From assembly GCA_050298595.1 (NCBI GenBank), contig JBNKUM010000048.1:1-64000 (forward strand): a stretch of DNA of 64,000 bases, in the 5' to 3' direction. The position numbers and the translations under genes were made by a program. The notes below the pieces were generated by a model that did no database searches, was not told the DNA's origin, and saw only the letters and a list, made by a program, of their open reading frames with translations. Each line of letters opens with the position of its first letter. Positions within the stretch are counted from its first letter, which is position 1. The DNA comes from Gammaproteobacteria bacterium. GTDB taxonomy: Bacteria; Pseudomonadota; Gammaproteobacteria; GCA-001735895. Below are positions 48,817 through 58,525 of the stretch, piece after piece.

Positions 48817-49284
48817 TCAAAAATTTAATGCTGTCTTTTTGCTGACTGTTCGCAGCATAAAACTTGAGCGTATTCTAGAAACATTTGGAAAGTTGGATAG
48901 ATACTGCCTGTGAATCCGTTCATAATCCTCTGCATCAGAAGCTACCACTCTTAATAGATAATCTGAGTCACCTGACATTAGGTAGCACTCCATGATTTCT
49001 GGACATTCTTGAACTGCTTTTTCAAAACTATCCAGAGACTCCTCATTTTGACTACTCAAACTAATTTCGACAAAGATGTTTGATGGTTTCCCTACTTTTC
49101 TTTGGTCTAACAGCATGACACAACCTTCAATAATCCCGCTGGATTCCAACCTCTGAACACGACGCAAACATGACGAGGGGGAAAGGCTGATTCTTTCAGC
49201 TAATTCCGAGTTAGTTATTCTGCAATCTTGTTGTAATAGATTGAGAATTGTTCGATCTTTTTTATCCAGTTCAAAATTCAGCAT
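48817..49284 (-). CDS. Lrp/AsnC-family regulator divergent from ald (AldR-like)
   Basis: LDKKDRTILNLLQQDCRITNSELAERISLSPSSCLRRVQRLE HTH; RAM domain ECYLMSGDSDYLL. Confidence 0.92.
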   Translation of the reverse strand: MLNFELDKKDRTILNLLQQDCRITNSELAERISLSPSSCLRRVQRLESSGIIEGCVMLLDQRKVGKPSNIFVEISLSSQNEESLDSFEKAVQECPEIMECYLMSGDSDYLLRVVASDAEDYERIHRQYLSNFPNVSRIRSSFMLRTVSKKTALNF

Positions 49285-49293
49285 AATATTCTA
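49279..49293 (-). promoter_or_regulatory. Lrp-family operator overlapping the regulator's start codon
   Basis: Minus strand TAGAATATTATGCTG matches the Lrp consensus YAGHAWATTWTDCTR at all positions. Confidence 0.6.
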
Positions 49294-49417
49294 CCATCCT
49301 GCCATCATACGAAAGTAAGTTGCACTATAAGCTAATTACATAGAATTAAAAGCAAACATATTCTGTTGGCTTTTAAACATAATGTATTCACCTTAAAACT
49401 TAACGTAGGTGAAGACA

Positions 49418-50530
49418 GTGTTGATTGGTGTACCAAAAGAAATAAAAAACCACGAATACCGTGTCGGCATGACCCCTGAGTCGGTGGTCGCAGCAATCGC
49501 TCATGGGCATCAGGTTATGGTCGAGACCAATGCCGGCGAAGGGATAGGCGCCAATGATTCAGTATATAAAAAAGCAGGTGCGATGATCTTAGACTCTGCA
49601 CAAGAAATTTTCTCGAAAGCTGAAATGATTGTGAAGGTTAAGGAACCACAGGCTGTTGAGCGAGATATGCTCCGTCCAGATCAGATTCTATACACTTATC
49701 TACATCTTGCTCCTGATCCTGAGCAAACTAAAGATCTGGTGAATTCAGGTGCGGTTTGTATCGCCTACGAAACCATTACGGACGAACAGGGTGGTCTACC
49801 TCTATTGAAACCAATGAGTCAGGTGGCAGGACGATTGTCTATTCAGGCCGGAGCTACCGCATTGGAAAAAAGCCACGGAGGTCTGGGTAGTCTGTTAGGA
49901 GGTGTTCCGGGAGTGGCCCCAGCAAAAGTGCTGATCATCGGCGGTGGAGTGGTAGGATTTAATGCGGCTCAAATGGCAGTCGGTATGCAGGCAAACGTCA
50001 CTATTCTTGATACAAATCCTTACACAGTTGAACGGTTAAGTAATTTCTTCAGCCCAAAAGCCAGGGTTATACATTCCAATAAAGCGGAACTTGCAGCTGA
50101 ACTGAAGGTTTCGGATCTGGTTATTGGTGGCGTTCTAGTAGCAGGAGCAGCGGCACCCAGGTTAGTCACAAAAGAAATGCTGGCCGATATGAAAGAGGGT
50201 TCTGTTTTGGTCGATGTTGCGATTGATCAGGGTGGTTGTTTTGAAACATCCAAAGCTACGACCCATGCTGAGCCTACCTATGTTGTTGATGGGGTTGTTC
50301 ATTATTGTGTTGCGAATATGCCTGGTGCAGTACCTCGTACCTCTACCTATGCACTGAATAATGCCACGCTTTCAGGATTACTGGCTATCGCTGACAAAGG
50401 CTGGAAGAAAGCATTAAAAGATGATCCACATTTATGTAATGGACTAAATGTTTGTAACGGAAAAGTGACTTACAAAGCCGTTGCAGAAGGTTTGGGTTAT
50501 CCATATGTAGATGCCAAAACATTATTGTAA
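49418..50530 (+). CDS. ald: Alanine dehydrogenase (start probably GTG 49418)
   Basis: [46 protein letters not shown] and [15 protein letters not shown]. Confidence 0.97.
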   Translation: MLIGVPKEIKNHEYRVGMTPESVVAAIAHGHQVMVETNAGEGIGANDSVYKKAGAMILDSAQEIFSKAEMIVKVKEPQAVERDMLRPDQILYTYLHLAPDPEQTKDLVNSGAVCIAYETITDEQGGLPLLKPMSQVAGRLSIQAGATALEKSHGGLGSLLGGVPGVAPAKVLIIGGGVVGFNAAQMAVGMQANVTILDTNPYTVERLSNFFSPKARVIHSNKAELAAELKVSDLVIGGVLVAGAAAPRLVTKEMLADMKEGSVLVDVAIDQGGCFETSKATTHAEPTYVVDGVVHYCVANMPGAVPRTSTYALNNATLSGLLAIADKGWKKALKDDPHLCNGLNVCNGKVTYKAVAEGLGYPYVDAKTLL

Positions 50531-50597
50531 AGTACACGATGTAATAGCAACCATAAGAGTCAGCTTATAAAAAAACTAATCGGGGAGTAGTATTTAT

Positions 50598-51152
50598 ATG
50601 ATTAAAGTAAAACGTGCCAGAAATTTAGGATTGATTCGTTGGATGATGGGCGGACATAAACAAACAGCAACAAAAATGGCACATATTACTAATTCGAATT
50701 ACGTCTCTAAAATGATCAATGGGGAAAAGCCTATTCCAGATAAGATAGCCCGTGACATCGAAAAAGCATTTGAACTTCCCGAACACTGGCTGGATAGAGA
50801 TAACGAGGAACTCATCAAAATTAGTATTGAGAGCAATAAACTGATACCCAGTATTCTTCCAGGAACCACAGATTCAAAAATAGAAACCAGGCGTTCTCGA
50901 AATCTGGATATGATACGCTGGATGGCAGGTGGGCATTCAGTTGCGGCTAAAAAAATTCTCCACATCATTAATCCCACGTATTTATGTAAAATGGCAATGG
51001 GACAAATGATTATTCCGGATAACGTAGCCCGTACTGTTGAAAAAGCATTTGAACTCCCTGAGCGATGGCTGGACAGGGATAATGAAAAACTGGCCACAAT
51101 AAGTCATGAAGATTACCAGTTAATATCCAGTAAAGGTCATTCTTTTGGCTAG
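50598..51152 (+). CDS. Protein made of two tandem phage-repressor-like (Cro/CI-type) HTH domains
   Basis: Internal duplication R.RNL..IRWM.GGH.....K..HI.N..Y..KM..G...IPD..AR..EKAFELPE.WLDRDNE; GGGGAG RBS. Confidence 0.75.
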   Translation: MIKVKRARNLGLIRWMMGGHKQTATKMAHITNSNYVSKMINGEKPIPDKIARDIEKAFELPEHWLDRDNEELIKISIESNKLIPSILPGTTDSKIETRRSRNLDMIRWMAGGHSVAAKKILHIINPTYLCKMAMGQMIIPDNVARTVEKAFELPERWLDRDNEKLATISHEDYQLISSKGHSFG

Positions 51153-51560
51153 GGTCTGTTAACTGGCCTTGGTTTTTTTGGGGTTAGGTCGACTTTATCG
51201 TTGCTAGCCTCAATATTGAATCTGCGGCGTATGTAGAAAGCAGTACACTGCAGACTTAACGCAGTTTTCACCAGAGATAGCCTTTACCTCTGGTGATGAC
51301 ACATCCTTTCGCTTTTACTATAAACCATCCCCTACCCTACCTTTGTATAACAGTACCTGAATCATAGATAAACATCTTCAGAATTTCTTGCTTTGGTACA
51401 ATTCAATTTGCCCCAATACTTCCTGTCGTGATCTTGCGAAAACAGATTTATACGGTAATACTCCTTACCCGTGTTTGTATACAGCTAAAATCAGTCGATT
51501 ATTAAACCATCCTTAGTTTAAAGACTAAGAATAAAAACTCTTACAGCTTATGATTTATTT

Positions 51561-52562
51561 ATGACAATTCCTGTAACCATCTGTGATGATTCGTCATTCG
51601 CTCGAAAGCAAATAGCACGCGCTTTACCCGAGCATTGGGATATTAATATGACGTTTGCAAGTAATGGGAATGAAGGCCTGCAAGCTGTACGCCAGAACCT
51701 GGCTGAGGTGCTGTTTCTTGATTTAACCATGCCAGAGATGGATGGTTTCGAAGTACTGGGTCATATCTTTAACGAACAACTGAATTCTGTTGTTATTGTT
51801 GTGTCAGGGGACATCCAACCCGAAGCAAGAGAGCGTGTAATGTCACTGGGTGCGATTGCTTTTATCAAAAAACCCTGCAGCGCGGAAGAAATCACTGAGA
51901 TCCTGCAACAGTTCGGCCTCATGAATGAGCTGATCGAAGGCTCTAACCAAGTGTTGGAAACCATCGAATCAACCCAGATCCCCCTGCAAAATGTGTATCA
52001 GGAAATTGCCAACATCGCGATGGGTAAGGCAGCCGACCTGCTAGCGCGTCATATGGATGCATTTATCGTGTTGCCGGTACCTTCGGTAAAGACGATAGAG
52101 CTCAGTGAACTGCAAATGGCACTACAGTCCATCGTAGGTGATCAACAAATACTTTCAGTTTTCCAGGGTTTTATTGGCAAAAGTATCGCGGGTGAAGCAC
52201 TATTGATTTTTAATAATTCCAGTTTTAGTGACATTGCCAAATTACTCAAGTACGAAGGTGAGATAGATGCCAATGCTGAATCTGAATTAATGATGGATAT
52301 GGCCAGTATATTAATCGGTACCTTTTTGAAAGCGTTTGCCGAACAACTGGATATCCAGTTCAGCCAAGGACATCCAAAAATTTTACAGGATGCTCATATT
52401 ATAGATCTTATGAGGCCGGAATGTATTAAATGGAAGCAAACCTTATCGATTGAAATTGATTACAGAATCGAAGGATACGATGTAAATTGCGATTTATTAT
52501 TGCTGTTTACAGAAGATTCGATCAATGAGCTAAACAGTAGAGTATCCTGTTACGCATCATGA
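51561..52562 (+). CDS. Response regulator receiver + CheC-like domain protein
   Basis: ICDDS...LFLDLTMPEMDG receiver; CheC-like EIANIAMG motif. Confidence 0.88.
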   Translation: MTIPVTICDDSSFARKQIARALPEHWDINMTFASNGNEGLQAVRQNLAEVLFLDLTMPEMDGFEVLGHIFNEQLNSVVIVVSGDIQPEARERVMSLGAIAFIKKPCSAEEITEILQQFGLMNELIEGSNQVLETIESTQIPLQNVYQEIANIAMGKAADLLARHMDAFIVLPVPSVKTIELSELQMALQSIVGDQQILSVFQGFIGKSIAGEALLIFNNSSFSDIAKLLKYEGEIDANAESELMMDMASILIGTFLKAFAEQLDIQFSQGHPKILQDAHIIDLMRPECIKWKQTLSIEIDYRIEGYDVNCDLLLLFTEDSINELNSRVSCYAS

Positions 52563-53530
52563 GTATCAATACAAACGCTAGTACAGAGATCAGGGAACTC
52601 CACTGGATGATGGATATGTTAACCAACGTCGATGTTGGCCTGGTGGTATTAGATGCATCGCACAAGATCCAGATGTGGAATCGTTTTATGGAAGACCACA
52701 GCGGTATTCTTGAGAGTGAAGCAAAATATAGAAATATCTTTGGCCTGTTTCCAGAATTACCCGAAGCCTGGTTCATGCATAAAATTAATTCCGTGTTTAC
52801 CCTGCAATGCCGAGCTTTTTCTACCTGGGAGCAACGCCCCTACCTGTTCAAGTTCAAGAATTATCGCCCCATTACCGGTACCGAAGAGTTTATGTACCAG
52901 AATACCACCATGATCCCTCTGGTATCTGCGGATGGCGAAATCAATCATGTTTGCCTGTTGATTTACGATGTGACTGACGAAGCCGTCAGTCAAAAAGAGA
53001 TGCAACGCCTGAATAATGAACTGGAGCAAATCAGCCGTATAGACCGATTAACAGGACTGAATAATCGAGGATTCTGGGAAGAAAGTTTTCAGCATGAATT
53101 TGAACGTTGTAAACGCTATAAAACAGTTTCCTCAGCCATTATGTTTGATATCGATCATTTTAAAAAGGTGAATGATAACTATGGACATCAGGCAGGGGAT
53201 GAAGTGATACGAAAAACAGCTAAAATGGTCAGGAATATGATTCGTAAAACCGATGTCGCTGGACGTTATGGTGGTGAAGAGTTCGTGATTTACCTGCCCA
53301 ATACATCAGCAGATAATGCAAAAATATTTGCTGAAAGATTACGTCAGAATATTGAAAAAACAGAAGTAAAACATGAAGCGCTCCGCATCAAGATTACGAT
53401 CAGTATAGGCATATGCGAATTTCATGAATCCCTGTCGAATCATGAAAAGTGGATCGAAAAAGCGGACCAGGCCTTATACCTGTGCAAGAAACAGGGGCGT
53501 AACCAGACAGGCATTGCCATCTTTGATTAA
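52559..53530 (+). CDS. PAS-domain diguanylate cyclase
   Basis: DRLTGLNNR, DIDHFKKVNDNYGHQAGD, RxxD I-site (RKTD) and GGEEF; ATGA overlap with the upstream gene. Confidence 0.92.
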   Translation: MSINTNASTEIRELHWMMDMLTNVDVGLVVLDASHKIQMWNRFMEDHSGILESEAKYRNIFGLFPELPEAWFMHKINSVFTLQCRAFSTWEQRPYLFKFKNYRPITGTEEFMYQNTTMIPLVSADGEINHVCLLIYDVTDEAVSQKEMQRLNNELEQISRIDRLTGLNNRGFWEESFQHEFERCKRYKTVSSAIMFDIDHFKKVNDNYGHQAGDEVIRKTAKMVRNMIRKTDVAGRYGGEEFVIYLPNTSADNAKIFAERLRQNIEKTEVKHEALRIKITISIGICEFHESLSNHEKWIEKADQALYLCKKQGRNQTGIAIFD

Positions 53531-53721
53531 TACCTGATGTTGGCCCTACCCCCGCTTACTATCTCATCATTTTACCAATAACCTGAAAGAAACTATACTG
53601 CCTCTAAAAATGAGTGGATAAATAATAAGGCTGGCTTTCAAATATGTATTCAGATTCCAACGGATTTTGAATACTACGGTTAGATTTACATGAAGCCGCT
53701 TCACCAACCAGGAGGTGCTCC

Positions 53722-54012
53722 ATGAATCAAGATGAAAAAATGAAGTTAGGGATGTGCTGGTTTGATGCAGAACAATGGCAGCTTCTAAAAGAATTAGACC
53801 CTGAAGGTACTGATGACGGCTATGAGGAATGGCGCAAACAAGCCAATTCAGCGTTCTCTGAATTACGCGCGGCCGGCCATAATATCGTCAAGGTTTCGAT
53901 AAAAATTAACGATCTACTGGCTTGGTGTAAAGAGCACGGGAAAGACCCCGTTAGTTCATCCAGGTCTGAGTTCGCGGCATTTAAGCTACAGATGAAAGAT
54001 AAAGGAAATTAA
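53722..54012 (+). CDS. Hypothetical protein
   Basis: 96-aa ORF with a strong AGGAGG RBS. Confidence 0.75.
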   Translation: MNQDEKMKLGMCWFDAEQWQLLKELDPEGTDDGYEEWRKQANSAFSELRAAGHNIVKVSIKINDLLAWCKEHGKDPVSSSRSEFAAFKLQMKDKGN

Positions 54013-54112
54013 ACCTAATCAGTAGGTAAAATTTTCCTGTTATGCGAGCTGGGGGCTCCTCTGAACTCCAGCTCCTTAGTTCAAAAGCAGCTGTAAGAAA
54101 ATCAGGATTTCT

Positions 54113-54868
54113 ATGAAAAACATTAAGGAAAACCATTTTGAATACTCCCTGATTGGTACTGGTGAGCAAAGTATTGTTTTTCTAAATGGATTCAGGATGA
54201 AGTTTGACAGTTGGGATAAGGTTTGCGTAAACATCCTCGCTGATTACCAGTTACTTCTTTTTAATAGATCTGGCGTTGGAGCATCAAACAGGGCGAAAAC
54301 CCGGCAAACAGGGAATGTGATTGTTAATGAACTGCATGAATTCTTATCCAGCCTGGATATCAAACCGCCGCATCTTCTTGTTGCACATTCATTGGGTGGC
54401 ATCTATGCCAATCTATACGCTCGCAATTTTCCTGATGATGTTGCAGGGGTTGTGTTTGTTGATACCCCTCACCCGTCTGAAATCTATGAGCAACGCAGAT
54501 TCAAAGCACCGATTATTTTGCGGGCAATAAATGAGGGATTAAAACGTATTGAGAAATGGTTCGATGAATTCAAATACTCCGAGGACGAATGCATAGAAGA
54601 AACCGTTTTACAAATTGAAAGCGCTGGTCCATTTCCAAATATTCCAGTTGCAGTTGTGACAGGGATAAAGAAAATGCCCTTTGTACCCCAGGCGGCATTT
54701 GATACACATCTGCATTACCAGGAAAAACTACTTGAACTGACGGCTCACTGCAGGCAGTACAGATGTAGGGGAAGTGGTCACTTCCCACAGATAACTGAGC
54801 CATTAATTGTAGCAAAGGCAATCTATGAAACCGCAAATGATGCAAAAAGACCACTTACGATCGGCTAA
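54113..54868 (+). CDS. Alpha/beta-fold hydrolase
   Basis: NRSGVGAS, nucleophile motif AHSLGG, catalytic His in SGHFPQ. Confidence 0.88.
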   Translation: MKNIKENHFEYSLIGTGEQSIVFLNGFRMKFDSWDKVCVNILADYQLLLFNRSGVGASNRAKTRQTGNVIVNELHEFLSSLDIKPPHLLVAHSLGGIYANLYARNFPDDVAGVVFVDTPHPSEIYEQRRFKAPIILRAINEGLKRIEKWFDEFKYSEDECIEETVLQIESAGPFPNIPVAVVTGIKKMPFVPQAAFDTHLHYQEKLLELTAHCRQYRCRGSGHFPQITEPLIVAKAIYETANDAKRPLTIG

Positions 54869-55213
54869 ACAGGGACATCAAACTCTGTAGAGAGGTAGTT
54901 AACCATGACAGACCAGGTTATATATCTATTCATAACTTTTGCTGCTATCCGTCCTTTTCATTACCACTAACCCTGACGAATCAATTAAAATCTCTGAAAA
55001 GTTGGCTACTGCGGTTGAAAAATTCACCGATGACAATAGTGAAGAGGAAACTGCTAACAGCGATTTTCTGAAAACGAGATCACCTATGCACGTTACATGG
55101 AAGCGGCCAGGGATTTGTACAAGGGTTGGTTCCGTAATCTAAGAGAGGTTGTTGTCTCACTTAAAAGTGTAAATCAGCCGATATCAATCGACTGAGAGAT
55201 CAGGTTAGCAAGC

Positions 55214-55720
55214 TTGCACTTGATTCTGATAAAAACTCTGCTGAAATTTCAACAATCAATGAGCGTATATCTATTCATGACCAACAACATCAGCGCGTTA
55301 AGGAACTCTATACCCTCAACTTCCGATACGGTGAATGTCGAAGTACCTCCGGCACCTTTTTCTCTAATCCAGAAATCTGCTTTTTATGCTGCAGCAGAAG
55401 ACCTGGTCGCAGGAGGTAAGACCGCTATCTATGATGGCGTGGTCGTTTCTTTATCCTTATTGCTGGACGCAAAGAAAGCCGAACCCGATGCCGAATTGAT
55501 GCTGTTTGTTTTATCCGATGGAGAGAATACGGATGGATTGAATCTGGGGGATGTTGAAGAAGTGGTTTCTTCACTGGGTATTCCGATTTATACCATCGCT
55601 TATGGAGAAGATTTACCGGAGCTTAAACAATTATCGAGTCTGGTCGAGGCTACCATGGTCAAAGCCAATGAAGGCAATGCCGCCTTCACAATAGGTAACT
55701 TACTGAATGCCCAGATGTAG
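55214..55720 (+). pseudogene. C-terminal fragment of a vWA-domain protein (decayed gene; fragments probably extend back to about 54905)
   Basis: GKTAIYDG, FVLSDGEN and IPIYTIAYG are vWA C-terminal motifs, but the N-terminal MIDAS DxSxS is missing and upstream frames are interrupted. Confidence 0.65.
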
Positions 55721-55728
55721 AAACTGAT

Positions 55729-56139
55729 ATGAAAATTTTCGCAAAATGGCTGTTGTTCAGCTTATTACTGTATTCATCAACAGGCATGGGGCTGCATTTT
55801 TACTATTCAGTATATCCCGCGAAAACATTTGTGTTACTGGACGCTTTATCTGGCATGAAGGCCAAATGGAGTGTTGCAAAAAGCAAGCTTGATTCTCTTA
55901 CCCATAATGCTTCCTATCAAGAATTCGCATTAGCCTCGGGTAAGAACAAAGTCCATGCCTGGTCAGACTCACTGGATATAGGTACCACACTCACCTATGG
56001 TCCGAGAAAAATCACCAGGTACTTAAGCACGACAGACATGAACGAAATCGAAGAAGCTGATCAGAAAATAGTCATAACAAACGATGCTATAAGCGCTCAA
56101 CAGTTCGAAGATAAAGGGAGGGTAGCAATCCGTCTTTAG
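55729..56139 (+). CDS. Hypothetical membrane-anchored protein, partner of the vWA gene
   Basis: N-terminal TM, then VLLDALSGM (degenerate vWA-like strand); 8 bp from the previous stop. Confidence 0.6.
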   Translation: MKIFAKWLLFSLLLYSSTGMGLHFYYSVYPAKTFVLLDALSGMKAKWSVAKSKLDSLTHNASYQEFALASGKNKVHAWSDSLDIGTTLTYGPRKITRYLSTTDMNEIEEADQKIVITNDAISAQQFEDKGRVAIRL

Positions 56140-56312
56140 GTATTTCCTGAATCAGTAGAATTGTTGATCGAAAGTATCTTAAATAAATCATATACATTCC
56201 AAATCTGGCATAATAGACATCTTAAAAAAATGGATACGACCTCCATTTTCATCAACCATCCAATTAGCAATCTTTTGCTTCTGATAGAAGCTACAACTGC
56301 GGAACCCATCTA

Positions 56313-58505
56313 ATGGAAATCAAAGTTAATTTCCTCGACAATCTCAGACTTGAAGCCAGGTTTGATGACTTTACTGTGATCAGTGATCAACCCATTCGTT
56401 ATAAGGGGGATGGTTCAGCGCCTGGTCCGTTTGATTACTTCCTGGCGTCATCCGCGCTTTGTGCGGCCTACTTTGTGCGGGTGTATTGTCTGTCACGCGA
56501 TATTCCAACTGACGATATCCGCCTGTCACAGAATAATATTGTTGATCCCGAGAACCGATACAACCAGATTTTCCAGATTAAGGTTGAGCTTCCAGAAAGT
56601 ATTTCGGAAAAACACCGTCAGGGCATCTTGCGCTCAATTGATCGCTGTACTGTTAAGAAGGTGGTTCAGCAAGGCCCCGAGTTTACTACCGAACTGGTTG
56701 AGAACCTGGAACAGGATGCTCAGGCCATGCTAATGGCCCAACCCGATGCTGATTCCAGCACATTGATTCTGGGCAAGGATTTACCCCTTGAAGACACTAT
56801 CGCAAATATGACGGGTATTCTGGCCGGGCTGGGGATGAAGATTGAAATCTCATCCTGGCGCAATATCGTGCCCCACGTGTGGTCACTACATATTCGTGAT
56901 GCGGCGTCGCCGATGTGCTTTACCAATGGCAAGGGTGCCACTAAAGAAAGTGCGCTTTGCTCAGCGCTGGGTGAATTTATCGAACGCCTTAGTTGCAATT
57001 TCTTTTACAACGATCAGTATTTTGGTGATGAGATTGCACATAGTGATTTTGTGCATTACCCGAATGAAAAATGGTTTCCCCTGCAAGCTGATGATGCGCT
57101 TCCACAGGGCATCCTGGATGACTACTGCCTGGACATTTTTAATCCCGAGGGTGAACTTCGAGGCTCTCATTTAATTGATACGAATTCAGGCCTGATTGAA
57201 CGAGGGGTTTGTTGTATCCCCTATCGACGTCATTCCGATGGCGAGCTTGTGTACTTCCCATCAAATTTGATAGAGAACCTTTTTTTAAGCAACGGTATGA
57301 GTGCGGGTAACAATCTGTATGAGGCTGAGGTTCAATGCCTGTCAGAGATCTTCGAGCGTGCGGTAAAGAGACAGATCATACAGGAAGAAATCGCCCTGCC
57401 CGATGTACCGCAGCAGGTGCTGGAAAAATACCCGGATATTATGCAGGGCATTCAGGCGCTAGAGACGCAGGGCTTCCCGGTATTAATCAAGGATGCATCA
57501 TTGGGTGGTCAATTTCCCGTCATGTGCGTAACGCTGATGAACCCTAGAACCGGTGGTGTGTTTGCCTCGTTCGGAGCTCACCCCAGTTTTGAGGTTGCGC
57601 TGGAACGTAGCTTAACCGAGCTGTTGCAGGGGCGTAGTTTTGAAGGTCTGAATGATGTACCCCGACCTACCTTTAATAGCCTGGCCGTGACTGAACCAGA
57701 AAATTTTGTGGAGCATTTTATTGATTCAACAGGTGTAATTTCCTGGCGTTTTTTCAGTGCTAAACAGGATTATGAATTCTATGAATGGGATTTTTCAGGC
57801 ACTAACCAACAGGAGAGTGATTACCTGTTCTCAATTCTAGAGAACCTGGGTAAAGAAGCGTATGTTGCCGTGTTTGATAACCCAGGTGCCGCAGCCTGCC
57901 GTATTCTTGTTCCTGACTATTCTGAAATCTATCCGGTAGAGGATCTGATCTGGGACAATACGAACAAGGCACTGCAATACCGCGCAGACATTTTGAATCT
58001 ACATGCGTTGAACAATGAGTCCTTAGCCAGTTTGTTAGCGCGTCTGGAGGAAAACCAGCTGGATAACTACACCGATATTCGAACCCTTATTGGTATTGAG
58101 TTTGATGAAAATACAGTGTGGGGACAACTGACTATCCTGGAACTGAAAATCCTGATCAACCTGGCTTTGAGTGAACTTGAGGAAGCCCTTGATCTGGTAG
58201 CAGAGTTCCTGCAATACAATGACAACACCGTCGAGCGCGGATTATTCTATCAGGCAGTGCACACCGTATTGGAGATCATGCTGGATGAAGAACTGCAGCT
58301 TGAGGATTTCATTAGCAACCTGCAGCGAATGTTTGGTGAAGAAACCATGGCCAACGTTGTCGGCTCGGTAAATGGTCAGGTTAAATTCTTTGGGTTAACC
58401 CCAACCAGCATGAAACTGGAGGGCCTGGACAAACATCTTCGGCTTATAGAGAGCTATAAGAAGCTGCACAAGGCCCGCGCAACTATGGCGAAAGCTGCCA
58501 GTTGA
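56313..58505 (+). CDS. OsmC-domain / YcaO-domain fusion protein
   Basis: OsmC part MEIKVNFLDNLRLEA...GPFDYFLASSALC...DRCTVKK; YcaO part TNGKGA...SALGEFIER, SNGMSAGN...EIFER and ERSLTELLQGR. Confidence 0.92.
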   Translation: MEIKVNFLDNLRLEARFDDFTVISDQPIRYKGDGSAPGPFDYFLASSALCAAYFVRVYCLSRDIPTDDIRLSQNNIVDPENRYNQIFQIKVELPESISEKHRQGILRSIDRCTVKKVVQQGPEFTTELVENLEQDAQAMLMAQPDADSSTLILGKDLPLEDTIANMTGILAGLGMKIEISSWRNIVPHVWSLHIRDAASPMCFTNGKGATKESALCSALGEFIERLSCNFFYNDQYFGDEIAHSDFVHYPNEKWFPLQADDALPQGILDDYCLDIFNPEGELRGSHLIDTNSGLIERGVCCIPYRRHSDGELVYFPSNLIENLFLSNGMSAGNNLYEAEVQCLSEIFERAVKRQIIQEEIALPDVPQQVLEKYPDIMQGIQALETQGFPVLIKDASLGGQFPVMCVTLMNPRTGGVFASFGAHPSFEVALERSLTELLQGRSFEGLNDVPRPTFNSLAVTEPENFVEHFIDSTGVISWRFFSAKQDYEFYEWDFSGTNQQESDYLFSILENLGKEAYVAVFDNPGAAACRILVPDYSEIYPVEDLIWDNTNKALQYRADILNLHALNNESLASLLARLEENQLDNYTDIRTLIGIEFDENTVWGQLTILELKILINLALSELEEALDLVAEFLQYNDNTVERGLFYQAVHTVLEIMLDEELQLEDFISNLQRMFGEETMANVVGSVNGQVKFFGLTPTSMKLEGLDKHLRLIESYKKLHKARATMAKAAS

Positions 58506-58525
58506 TACAGTATTAAAGAATTGCT

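Noticed and set aside
50598-51152. Prophage at the repressor-like gene
   Set aside because: No integrase, replication, structural or lysis genes nearby.
56140-58525. RiPP biosynthetic cluster around YcaO
   Set aside because: No precursor peptide, cyclodehydratase partner, protease or exporter is adjacent.
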